DNA of 64,000 nt from a virus. The stretch lies in IMG/VR virus record IMGVR_UViG_3300045988_147571; one strand, given 5' to 3'. A program made the translations under genes and the position numbers. This document shows, piece after piece, positions 44,762 to 52,550 of the stretch. Position 1 is the stretch's first letter. The number at the start of each line of letters is the position of its first letter. The notes beneath the pieces are model-generated. The model searched no databases, was not told the origin of the DNA, and saw only the letters and a program-made list of their open reading frames with translations.

Positions 44762-44995
44762 TTAATAATTAGTTTCTACTAAGTTGGTGAGATACTCAAT
44801 CCCGTGACCACATAAAGCAGTCAGAACTTCATCTAAGATGTCAAGTTCTCCGTCTGTTTCACATGATTCAAGGGCCTGAATAATCCCGTACCCCTTTTCA
44901 TATTCGCTTGTATTCACAAGCTCTTTTGTTATTGTGTCGCCGAGCTTTTCCTCGGCATAGTCGACTCCGTAGAGTCTTTCCTTTGCTGTCTTCAT
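44762..44995 (-). CDS. hypothetical acidic protein
   Basis: 77-aa ORF on the coding strand. Confidence 0.5.
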   Translation of the reverse strand: MKTAKERLYGVDYAEEKLGDTITKELVNTSEYEKGYGIIQALESCETDGELDILDEVLTALCGHGIEYLTNLVETNY

Positions 44996-45309
44996 TTTGA
45001 AAACCTCCTTGATATAATTAATTCTTTAAGATTTTTGGGGTACCTTGTCCAAATTAAATCTTTATCTTCATAGGTCATACTGTATGTAAGGCCATCTACA
45101 GTTGGTTTATATAGAGCATTTATAGAATACCTTTTACTATGATTTAAATTTTCATCATAGCCACTACCCGTCATAAACCCTGTAGCGTTAATAAAACATA
45201 TATTTTGACTGCCGTAATGCTTTGTTTCACAATCGGTAAGGATAATGTAAGTTCCCGCATACATAACAGCTATCATTCCAGACCGGAGCTTCTTCCTTAA
45301 ATCAACCAT
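44992..45309 (-). CDS. small protein sharing only the family C-terminus (copy K, divergent)
   Basis: The body is unlike the other copies, but it ends NLKELIISRRFSK with an embedded AGGAGG. Confidence 0.55.
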   Translation of the reverse strand: MVDLRKKLRSGMIAVMYAGTYIILTDCETKHYGSQNICFINATGFMTGSGYDENLNHSKRYSINALYKPTVDGLTYSMTYEDKDLIWTRYPKNLKELIISRRFSK

Positions 45310-45547
45310 GCTGCCTCCTTATTATTAAAAAGCGAAGTGGCGAAATAGATATCAGATCCTCTATCCAAGACCACCAATAGTGATAATTTGAGCCACCATT
45401 TCCATTGTGTAATGAAATGTTTTCTTTATAGTAATAAACTAAATATTGGAATGGTTCAAAACTTTTGTCAATATCTTCTATCTGTCCTATACCGTAATAT
45501 TTATGATAAACTATGTCACCTATATTTAATTCTTTAGGATGTTGCAT
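45302..45547 (-). CDS. small tandem-paralog family protein, copy L (GxGxV / YFFK..LH.G subfamily)
   Basis: LNIGDIVYHKYYGIGQIEDID ... LVYYYKENISLHNGNG ... HYWWSW ... LRFLIIRRQ. Confidence 0.75.
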   Translation of the reverse strand: MQHPKELNIGDIVYHKYYGIGQIEDIDKSFEPFQYLVYYYKENISLHNGNGGSNYHYWWSWIEDLISISPLRFLIIRRQHG

Positions 45548-45770
45548 TTCTTCTCCTTTCTATTAGCTTGCACAAAGACACTGAACGGACAAGAGTAAGT
45601 GAGTTTTCCATACATAACCAATAATGACAATCTGGGCCTCTACCGTTGCCATTATGTAAACATTTATTTTCTTTGTAGAAATAAACCAAACATGGTGCTA
45701 AGCAATGTTCAAACCCTACTACCCTCCCCATCCCATAGTCACTTCGCCATACTATATCACCTATTTTCAT
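45534..45770 (-). CDS. small tandem-paralog family protein, copy M
   Basis: Start MKIGDIVWRSDYGMGRVVGFE at 45770 (ATGA overlap, after AGGAGG) ... LVYFYKENKCLHNGNG ... LCKLIERRR. Confidence 0.75.
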   Translation of the reverse strand: MKIGDIVWRSDYGMGRVVGFEHCLAPCLVYFYKENKCLHNGNGRGPDCHYWLCMENSLTLVRSVSLCKLIERRRNATS

Positions 45771-45988
45771 TGTTGCCTCCTTCCTATTATCCAACGTAAT
45801 GATTGGCACTTGGCAACTTCTTCTGGCCAGAACCACCAGCAATGATTATATAGTCCACAACCTCCATCATGAAGCTGATGACTCTCTTTGAAAAAGTATA
45901 TCAAATAAAGACCATCTAAGCCTTCAACAATTACTATACCTTCTCCAAAGTGCTCATGAAACACTTTTTCTCCTATTTCTAATGACAT
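45767..45988 (-). CDS. small tandem-paralog family protein, copy N
   Basis: LEIGEKVFHEHFGEGIVIVEG ... LIYFFKESHQLHDGG ... HCWWFW ... LRWIIGRRQ. Confidence 0.75.
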   Translation of the reverse strand: MSLEIGEKVFHEHFGEGIVIVEGLDGLYLIYFFKESHQLHDGGCGLYNHCWWFWPEEVAKCQSLRWIIGRRQQ

Positions 45989-46194
45989 TACCTAGGCTCC
46001 TTTCTGGTATAAGCATATAATCTGGTGCTATCCAGTAGTCTGTATAGTAAATATTTATTCCCATGCTTTTACCATTTTTTTTTTACAGTCATCACAGGAG
46101 GCGTTCTGTCTTCGACGATACAATAATCGTAGGTTTTTGTTGTAGATTTCCTCCAGAAACGATTAAGTTTCACTTTATCACCTACACAATACAT
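45954..46194 (-). pseudogene. family copy interrupted by a frameshift in an A10 run (T10 on + strand, 46075-46084)
   Basis: ATG at 46192-46194 follows AGGAGG in the tail of copy O. MYCVGDKVKLNRFW...VMTVKKKW* terminates right after the homopolymer. The other frame continues NGKSMGINIYYTDYWIAPDYMLIPERSLGNVIRNRRK. The 241-nt span equals 80 codons plus 1 nt. Confidence 0.7.
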
Positions 46195-46420
46195 GTTGCC
46201 TCCTTTTTATCAAAGATGCCAGTGGTGGAACATATTTCATATCTTGGATTTCGTCATTACTGAACCACCAGCCATGGTTATCTTTACAGGATCTTGGCTC
46301 TATTGCACCATCATGTAGAGCATCATTTGCCTTGAAAAAGTATACAAGCTCACTTCCGGGACGGAGTTTTATTACTTTTCCTAGCCCATAAAACGGGTCT
46401 TTAACATAGGTTCCTATCAT
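46178..46420 (-). CDS. small tandem-paralog family protein, copy O
   Basis: MIGTYVKDPFYGLGKVIKL ... LVYFFKANDALHDG ... HGWWFS ... LASLIKRRQ. Confidence 0.75.
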   Translation of the reverse strand: MIGTYVKDPFYGLGKVIKLRPGSELVYFFKANDALHDGAIEPRSCKDNHGWWFSNDEIQDMKYVPPLASLIKRRQHVLCR

Positions 46421-46640
46421 TTTGTCTCCTTTCTATGAGTAACCTTAACGTAGAAAGATATTCCATATCTGCAATTTCTCTATAACTGAACCACCAACCG
46501 TGATGATCTCCACATGAACCATCCCCTCCATCGTGCAATTCTTTATTTGCCTCGAAGAAAAAGACGAGTCCACTAATACTATCTATTTTGATAACTTTCC
46601 CTAATCCATATACTGGGTGTTTAATATAAGTTCCGATCAT
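46401..46640 (-). CDS. small tandem-paralog family protein, copy P
   Basis: MIGTYIKHPVYGLGKVIKI ... LVFFFEANKELHDGG ... HGWWFS ... LRLLIERRQ. Confidence 0.75.
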   Translation of the reverse strand: MIGTYIKHPVYGLGKVIKIDSISGLVFFFEANKELHDGGDGSCGDHHGWWFSYREIADMEYLSTLRLLIERRQNDRNLC

Positions 46641-46853
46641 TTGCCTTGCCTCTTTTCTATAAAATGTCTCAATGGTTTCTTATGCAAGAGCTTTATTTCA
46701 TCTTTTCTATAAGCCATACAGTCTACAACAATTCTATCATCAATTAAGCCGCTATATAAAAACATTCTATTGTAGGGATGACTATAAGTGACTACATAAG
46801 GATAAAGGACTATACCCTATACCATATCAATTTCCCTACTTTCCCGTAAGGGT
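46637..46853 (-). pseudogene. decayed family copy (only a 42-codon C-terminal ORF survives, 46637-46765)
   Basis: The surviving ORF MFLYSGLIDDRIVVDCMAYRKDEIKLLHKKPLRHFIEKRQGK ends with the family motif and an ATGA overlap. Upstream frames read GKVGKLIWYRV* and contain several stops. Confidence 0.5.
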
Positions 46854-47110
46854 CATATACATATATGTTCTGCATTGACACATTCCTTTCTCTTGGTGAT
46901 CAGATCAATCAGCGGTCTCTTCTTGAGAAACTTGATATGTTTTTTGCCATAGCAGGATGCGTTAGTTATATATCTTCCTTCATAGTATCCAGAGTAAAAG
47001 TTTGGATTATGTTTATAATGGTCTACTATGTAGTGAGAGAACCATAATGATCCATCATAAAAATTTAATTTACCTAAACCATCAGGTGTCTTTACATAAA
47101 TATGTCTCAC
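46853..47110 (-). CDS. small tandem-paralog family protein, copy Q (divergent, GTG start)
   Basis: MRHIYVKTPDGLGKLNFYDG ... RPLIDLITKRKE. AGGAGA lies upstream of the GTG. Confidence 0.6.
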   Translation of the reverse strand: MRHIYVKTPDGLGKLNFYDGSLWFSHYIVDHYKHNPNFYSGYYEGRYITNASCYGKKHIKFLKKRPLIDLITKRKECVNAEHICI

Positions 47111-47144
47111 CGTTATTCTCCTTTTCGATTTTATTTACGTGTTT

Positions 47145-47173
47145 ATAATAGCAAACATCTGTTCTCTTGTCAA
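47145..47173 (-). promoter_or_regulatory. near-consensus sigma70-type promoter in front of the third paralog array
   Basis: rc: TTGACA (47168-47173) agagaacagatgtttgc (17 nt) TATTAT (47145-47150). Confidence 0.7.
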
Positions 47174-47391
47174 GCATCTATATAACAGAAACTTCCGGTT
47201 CCTGTATCTAATGTGCAACAGGTATGCTCATACTTCATTATCAGTCGATTAAATTTCTCTTCTGACATTTTTGTTGTGACCTTAAACGGGTGCGCCCAAG
47301 GTGAGTCCACTTGCATTTTATTAGGAAGTAAATATACCGGATTTCCTGCAACAAGCTCTTTATGAGCTTCTCTTCTAGTTACTTTTTTCAT
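47170..47391 (-). CDS. hypothetical protein
   Basis: 73-aa ORF on the coding strand. Confidence 0.5.
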   Translation of the reverse strand: MKKVTRREAHKELVAGNPVYLLPNKMQVDSPWAHPFKVTTKMSEEKFNRLIMKYEHTCCTLDTGTGSFCYIDA

Positions 47392-47439
47392 AATAGTTCC
47401 TTTCTTTAAGCAGCATACTTAAATATCTTGGAGGAAAAC

Positions 47440-47465
47440 GGGTAGCCCTAGATTTCATGCTACCC
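47440..47465. terminator. bidirectional terminator-like hairpin
   Basis: GGGTAGC cctagatttcat GCTACCC, with TTTTG on the + strand and GTTTTCC on the - strand after the stem. Confidence 0.45.
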
Positions 47466-47490
47466 TTTTGAGCAATACAAGATACTTAAA

Positions 47491-47510
47491 TATACTGCCT
47501 AAGCAGTATA
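47491..47510 (-). terminator. terminator-like hairpin after 47515-47856
   Basis: TATACTGC ctaa GCAGTATA (8-bp stem, tetraloop) flanked by T/A runs. A 13-nt repeat ATACTTAAATAT occurs at ~47415 and ~47482. Confidence 0.5.
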
Positions 47511-47514
47511 TTTT

Positions 47515-47856
47515 TTAAATTACATAGAGTTTTCTACCATTGACGCATGCACAACTCTCGATTAAGCCGTAGCTTCTTAAGGCTTCCAACCCGTTGATGC
47601 CACAGATAGATACAATAGTATCTTCGTAAAGTGCTTCTGCTTTCGGAAAAACAAACAGAAGTTTTTCATAGTAGAGTTTTGCCTTGTACCCCTCCAATTC
47701 TTTAATTCTGTTAAAACACACTTTTCCTAAGCTGGTGTCCAATAATTCCTTTAATGTAGCAATTCTCTTGTCAACACAAGCAATACTTATATCTGTTGAT
47801 ACAAGTGCCTTTACCTCTTCTTCTGTGCAGTTTGTGTATTTTCTTAAAATTATCAT
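47515..47856 (-). CDS. hypothetical protein
   Basis: 113-aa ORF on the coding strand. Confidence 0.55.
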   Translation of the reverse strand: MIILRKYTNCTEEEVKALVSTDISIACVDKRIATLKELLDTSLGKVCFNRIKELEGYKAKLYYEKLLFVFPKAEALYEDTIVSICGINGLEALRSYGLIESCACVNGRKLYVI

Positions 47857-47866
47857 AATGTCCTCC

Positions 47867-48052
47867 TTAAAACATTCTTACCCACGCATCTCCTACTAAT
47901 TCCCATGTTGTAGGATTTAAAGCATAGTCTTTAGGGTTAAACAGTTGCTCATATCTTTCCCGCATTAGTTCCTTTGTAGGAAAGAACTCCTCCTTGTGCA
48001 GGTTTCCTTTGTTATATCCAGTCTTAAAATAGATTCTAAGTTTATATCTCAT
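47867..48052 (-). CDS. hypothetical protein
   Basis: ORF 47867-48100. The start MRYKLRIYF at 48052 follows AGGGAGGAC. Confidence 0.5.
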   Translation of the reverse strand: MRYKLRIYFKTGYNKGNLHKEEFFPTKELMRERYEQLFNPKDYALNPTTWELVGDAWVRMF

Positions 48053-48053
48053 G

Positions 48054-48452
48054 TTAGTCCTCCCTTGCATACTGTGCGAAGTGTTTAAGTCCACCTGCAT
48101 AATGAGCTAATACAACTTCGTCGTCGTACACACGCTTGGTTCCATTGGCATACATGATACATGAAGCAAGATCATACAGCTCCCAACAATCGCTAGAATC
48201 TGCATACCATGAGAATCGATTTCCGTTGGCACATGTAATAGTAATCAAATCTGTTTCTGAATCAACAGACTCTACTTCTGTTACGATTCCTGTTAGAGGA
48301 TAGTAACCATTCATTGTCTGTAATCCAGGAATGTCTATGTGATACTGCCAATGGATTTCGCTTTCTGTTCCATCTGTGAACTCTTCGGCTGCTGCTACAG
48401 GTGTTGCTACTACTAATGCTAATGCTACTAAGATAGATAATAATTTCTTCAT
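48054..48452 (-). CDS. secreted protein (signal peptide)
   Basis: MKKLLSILVALALVVATPVAAAEE is a classical Sec signal peptide. Confidence 0.65.
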   Translation of the reverse strand: MKKLLSILVALALVVATPVAAAEEFTDGTESEIHWQYHIDIPGLQTMNGYYPLTGIVTEVESVDSETDLITITCANGNRFSWYADSSDCWELYDLASCIMYANGTKRVYDDEVVLAHYAGGLKHFAQYARED

Positions 48453-48530
48453 AATGATTTCCCTTTCTATATAACAATGATAAATTTATAGATATCTACA
48501 TATTGATCTAATTGATAGACAGGTGCCTTG

Positions 48531-48764
48531 TCAAATGAAGTTGACTATCTCCCTTGCAAGATAGCTATACATAACAGACACTGAAATTCTGTGCCAGTTT
48601 CCATTCTGAAACATTAACACAGGAATGTTCATAGGATCCTTTGGACGTTCAGTGCAGATAAACTGAAGTCCATTGCCTCTAATAAATAAGGCTCCTTTAG
48701 GTATTGTGTAACCCAAAAGAGCCTCTTTCCGTTGTATTCTGACAGTTGTGTATTTGTATGTCAT
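48531..48764 (-). CDS. hypothetical protein
   Basis: 77-aa ORF on the coding strand. Confidence 0.5.
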   Translation of the reverse strand: MTYKYTTVRIQRKEALLGYTIPKGALFIRGNGLQFICTERPKDPMNIPVLMFQNGNWHRISVSVMYSYLAREIVNFI

Positions 48765-49255
48765 GCTGACCTCCTCTCTGCTATAGAATCACTCAGAGAT
48801 ACTACAGGTTTCAGTGTGCTAGTTGCCTTGTCAAAGAAGTAGGCATGACTATCTAAAACTAAACCATCTTCTACACATTGAGCATTTACATCTCTGATCA
48901 TCTCATTGATGCCTGAAGGGTCAGTTCCAGGCATGAGAATCACTTCTTCTGTTGAAGACGGGATGACAAAGAAACTTCCAATAAATTGAGCGAAGCGTTC
49001 CATTGCTCCTGGATAAAACAGAGCTATTGCCCCGCAAGAAGTTTTATTGGTTACAATGTAGCCTATAGGAGACTGTGACACCAAAGACGTATAGAATCCT
49101 TCATCATTAAAGGATCCAAAAAGAGCATTTTCCATTGTGCAGAAAATCCCTGGGTAATCTGCCTCCAGTTTATCAAGATAGATTGACTGTCTATCTTCTG
49201 GAGTTTCAAAACTATCATTTCCTGAGAACTGTTTGTAAAATATATTAAGAGTCAT
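48761..49255 (-). CDS. hypothetical protein, paralog of the C-terminal half of 25865-26806
   Basis: GAIALFYPGAMERFAQFIGSFFVIPSSTEEVILMP ... DVNAQCVEDGL aligns with the 25865-26806 protein. Confidence 0.6.
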   Translation of the reverse strand: MTLNIFYKQFSGNDSFETPEDRQSIYLDKLEADYPGIFCTMENALFGSFNDEGFYTSLVSQSPIGYIVTNKTSCGAIALFYPGAMERFAQFIGSFFVIPSSTEEVILMPGTDPSGINEMIRDVNAQCVEDGLVLDSHAYFFDKATSTLKPVVSLSDSIAERRSA

Positions 49256-49256
49256 A

Positions 49257-49661
49257 TCAATACCTTCTTTCTAAATAATACGTTTCGCTTGCAAAACGAA
49301 CTAAAGCACCTTCTTCAGCTGCACATATGCTGACAGGAGATGTATTTGTGACAACAGCAGACTTAATATAATCGTCCACTGTCTTTGAGGTTCCGTTGTT
49401 AGAAACCACACAAGATACTGTATCTCCTACTGTGAAGCCTTTTCCTTTGTAGCTCCAGGTGCATTTATCTGGAGATACAATAGATACAGAACGTCCAGAA
49501 ACAAAATAGACAGTGCCCGTCATTGGACGAGTACTGTCTTCGTTTGCTTTGGTCGGCTTAACTACTGCTAATAGGAACAGCAGAGCTATGAATAGCCCTA
49601 ACAGTGATGGGATAATGATTTCCCTTATGAGTTTTCGTTTGATTCTATCTGCCTTATTCAT
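49257..49661 (-). CDS. membrane-anchored protein
   Basis: 134 aa with the N-terminal hydrophobic span IIIPSLLGLFIALLFLLAVV. Confidence 0.55.
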   Translation of the reverse strand: MNKADRIKRKLIREIIIPSLLGLFIALLFLLAVVKPTKANEDSTRPMTGTVYFVSGRSVSIVSPDKCTWSYKGKGFTVGDTVSCVVSNNGTSKTVDDYIKSAVVTNTSPVSICAAEEGALVRFASETYYLERRY

Positions 49662-49819
49662 AACGATTTCCTCCTAGCTACAATTTCAGCAGAACGTTTT
49701 TCATACATTTCCTTGCTGATTGTCTTTTTATTCCAATATGCATTGCGCACTTCTTCCCAGATACAGGAAAGTTCAAAACTTGTTTTCGCTTGTGCGATTC
49801 TGGTTTTATAATTCTGCAT
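49658..49819 (-). CDS. 53-aa ORF (below track cutoff)
   Basis: GGAGGG lies 5 nt upstream of the ATG. MQNYKTRIAQAKTSFELSCIWEEVRNAYWNKKTISKEMYEKRSAEIVARRKSL. Forms an ATGA overlap with the next gene. Confidence 0.5.
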   Translation of the reverse strand: MQNYKTRIAQAKTSFELSCIWEEVRNAYWNKKTISKEMYEKRSAEIVARRKSL

Positions 49820-49829
49820 GATTTCCCTC

Positions 49830-50393
49830 CTAGAAATTTCCTTCTATAATGTCCATGTCTGCATAGCTTACTACTTCGCCTGTGAACATGTTTACAGTGA
49901 GTTCATAATCCGGTCCCTTGACAGGAACGAACAGACATTTTTTAAGCTTCTTATTTCCTTTCCAGAGAAGAGAGAGTTCGTTTGTGCTTGGGTACATTAC
50001 TGGAATACATCCATAGTTAAACAATTCACTGTGACTGAGAATCAGTACAGCTGCTTTCTTTTCCTTTGCGGAAAGAGTTTTGTAGAACTTAGGGAAAAAA
50101 CTATAATCATACTCGCTAAAGAATTCTGTCAGTTTCTCTTTAACAAGGTTGATGATTTCCCTGTGCTTTGCTTTGCCTTCTGTAATGTCTAACCAAGTGT
50201 TGTTGTATTCTGCCCATTCCACAAGGTCAGAGATATACTGACAGAACTGTTCTGATGTGTAGCTGAAAGAAAATTCATTGAGTACATCTGTCCAGTTTCC
50301 ATTGTTACAGATGTAGAGTTCTCTGCCTAAAACAGATTTCAGCTCTACTGATGTGGTTTTCTTGTTGATGATTCTTGTAATAGTCTTTGTCAT
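49830..50393 (-). CDS. hypothetical protein
   Basis: ORF 49830-50429. The start MTKTITR at 50393 follows AGGAGGAAAATT. Confidence 0.55.
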   Translation of the reverse strand: MTKTITRIINKKTTSVELKSVLGRELYICNNGNWTDVLNEFSFSYTSEQFCQYISDLVEWAEYNNTWLDITEGKAKHREIINLVKEKLTEFFSEYDYSFFPKFYKTLSAKEKKAAVLILSHSELFNYGCIPVMYPSTNELSLLWKGNKKLKKCLFVPVKGPDYELTVNMFTGEVVSYADMDIIEGNF

Positions 50394-50493
50394 AATTTTC
50401 CTCCTGCCTTTTAAAGTGGCATAACTCATAGATTAATGCTCTATCAAGGTTTGACCTTGCCTTGTCTACTCCTCGTAGAAATAGAGCATCTGC

Positions 50494-50889
50494 TTAGATA
50501 TACATTACTCTCCGGAAATCGTGAAGCGGTTCCTTTGTACATTCATAATCAGTAGTATATGAACTGCTACCTAAACGACTGCCGCCAGAAGCACGTTTCT
50601 TTTTTCTGGAGTGACTCATCAGTGCAGCATAATTCTTATGGGATTTCTTCTGCTGAACTGACTTCCTATAGTAAGCCCACATGATTTCAGTGAGCTGATT
50701 CTTCTCGTAGGTGCGCACCCATCCCTGTTTAGGGAGATGCACGTATATCTCAATCTTCTTACTGCGAGAATGATTGAAGTCACTACATACTAGACATGCG
50801 CCATTGTCTAATGTCAGTACAACCGAGTTCATAGAAAAAGCTCTCCCGTAAACAAAGTCACGGGAGAGCAGATGATACACTCTATACAT
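50494..50889 (-). CDS. hypothetical protein
   Basis: 131-aa ORF on the coding strand. Confidence 0.5.
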   Translation of the reverse strand: MYRVYHLLSRDFVYGRAFSMNSVVLTLDNGACLVCSDFNHSRSKKIEIYVHLPKQGWVRTYEKNQLTEIMWAYYRKSVQQKKSHKNYAALMSHSRKKKRASGGSRLGSSSYTTDYECTKEPLHDFRRVMYI

Positions 50890-50898
50890 GATAACCTC

Positions 50899-51723
50899 CT
50901 ATGCAAAGTAGTGCTTAATTACAATGTTAGAGATGGTGGTAGCAAGGCCTGAATAGTCATACTGCATCTCTCCGGTCTTTTTGTCCTTCTTCTCCTTGAC
51001 TAATTTAGTCAACTGTCTGGAAGAGAATGACACTTTGCCAGAATCATCCTGTGAGAACTTATTCTTGAAACCTTTAATGTAGCAATCATTCAAGAGTTTC
51101 TTATCCTCTGCTGTCATCTTCACACGGGTCTTAGAGGTATAAGGTGTTTCAAAAGGTAGAGAGAATGTCACCTTGATAATTCGCTCCAATTCCTGTGAAG
51201 CTGTTTTATAAGCCTGTTTAACCTCTTTAGACATTACAAGATTACCATCTTCGCCAGCTTTAGAGGTTACGTGGATGGTTTCCAGTGCTTCATAGAGTTC
51301 AGGACTTTTGAAAGCTGGAATAATGGCATACTTCACCAGCTTAGAGTTGTCCCATGTGCCGAGCACACGAAGTACTGTACGCACTACGTCCTTGTCATTG
51401 CCAAAATGGTCAGCATTCTTCTGAGACATTGTGTCTACTACAAGTGTGTGGACTTCTTCTGTCTCAGCAGCAGACTCCTCCTGTGCAGCTTTTTCGTCCT
51501 TTAAGGACTGAAGCTGGACTTTCAGAGCTTCCAATTCTTCTGGCGTAGTGGTAGACTCAGCCTCTTCGCCTTTTTCAATCTTCTTCTCAAGAGAAACAAT
51601 CTGTCTGTCAAGTTCTTGAATGTTCATAAGTGCTGTCTCATGGGAAATAGCAGTCATAAACTCAGACCGCTGTTCTTCTGTGATATTCTCTGCCCAAAAA
51701 TTAATTGATAATGTAGTTGTCAT
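50899..51723 (-). CDS. hypothetical protein, first gene of the leftward block
   Basis: 274-aa ORF preceded by AGGAGGAAAATACT. Central acidic coiled-coil. Confidence 0.6.
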   Translation of the reverse strand: MTTTLSINFWAENITEEQRSEFMTAISHETALMNIQELDRQIVSLEKKIEKGEEAESTTTPEELEALKVQLQSLKDEKAAQEESAAETEEVHTLVVDTMSQKNADHFGNDKDVVRTVLRVLGTWDNSKLVKYAIIPAFKSPELYEALETIHVTSKAGEDGNLVMSKEVKQAYKTASQELERIIKVTFSLPFETPYTSKTRVKMTAEDKKLLNDCYIKGFKNKFSQDDSGKVSFSSRQLTKLVKEKKDKKTGEMQYDYSGLATTISNIVIKHYFA

Positions 51724-52419
51724 AGTATTTTCCTCCTAGTGCTTTTAAGGGAAAAGCATAACCATGATTTATAAACGTGTTTAGTGTGTAAAAAAATATG
51801 CACACTTTACAAGCCCATAGAATGAGCCTGTGAACTATGCATAAAAATTATAGCTGTCAGAGGTTATCGGTCATGCTGGCAGGCATTACCCTACACAAAG
51901 AACAACAGGTGTTACCCTGTCTGTCTGCCTCTATAACTTAACAGCTATCTCATATGTATTTCTCGCCCCTTGAAGTGTGGTTATGAATCGGGGGCAAGCA
52001 CCTTTTTTTTAGTAGGTGAATTATTTATTTTTAAGAACCTTTTACGGTTCGCCGTTCTTTCAAACTTCTGGAAGCTTACCACTGCCTAGAATATGGACAG
52101 AAGTTTGAAAGCCGTTCGCATAAGGGAATCACCCTCTTCTCTAGGCTTATGCCTAGAGGTCGCATACAAGTAATAAACTGATATGCTGGAGACTTTTCGG
52201 GACAGTCTCTTAAAATCCGCATATGAAATTTGTATAGGGAAAAACCGTAAAGGAAAAATTTTTTAATGGACAGAACATCCCCCTAGCACCTTCCCACCTG
52301 TTACCGCAGCTTTTGTATCTATCTAGGATAGCAACTACTTACTACGCAAGTGGTACAATGTTTTTTTATGAAATTGTCAAACCTGTAATCTTCTCAACTC
52401 CTCTCCTGTTGATGTACCT

Positions 52420-52448
52420 ATCATACTACGCAATAGGTAGTATGTCAA
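52420..52448 (-). promoter_or_regulatory. leftward promoter PL-1
   Basis: rc: ttttcaaaaaagtac TTGACA (52443-52448) tactacctattgcgtag (17 nt) TATGAT (52420-52425). Confidence 0.7.
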
Positions 52449-52550
52449 GTACTTTTTTGAAAAAGTTTTATTTGCTGCTTTAGGAATTTTTCTGTGGATT
52501 CCAGAACCACCGCTTGAACTTGCCGACCGCTTTTCCTTATCGACACGTTT

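Noticed and set aside
48517-48835. Repeated TTTGACAAGGCA(C/A)CT motif (rc of ~48518-48531 and ~48822-48835) as promoters
   Set aside because: No acceptable -10 lies at 16-18 nt in either copy, and one copy lies inside a coding region. It is left as an unexplained 2-copy motif.
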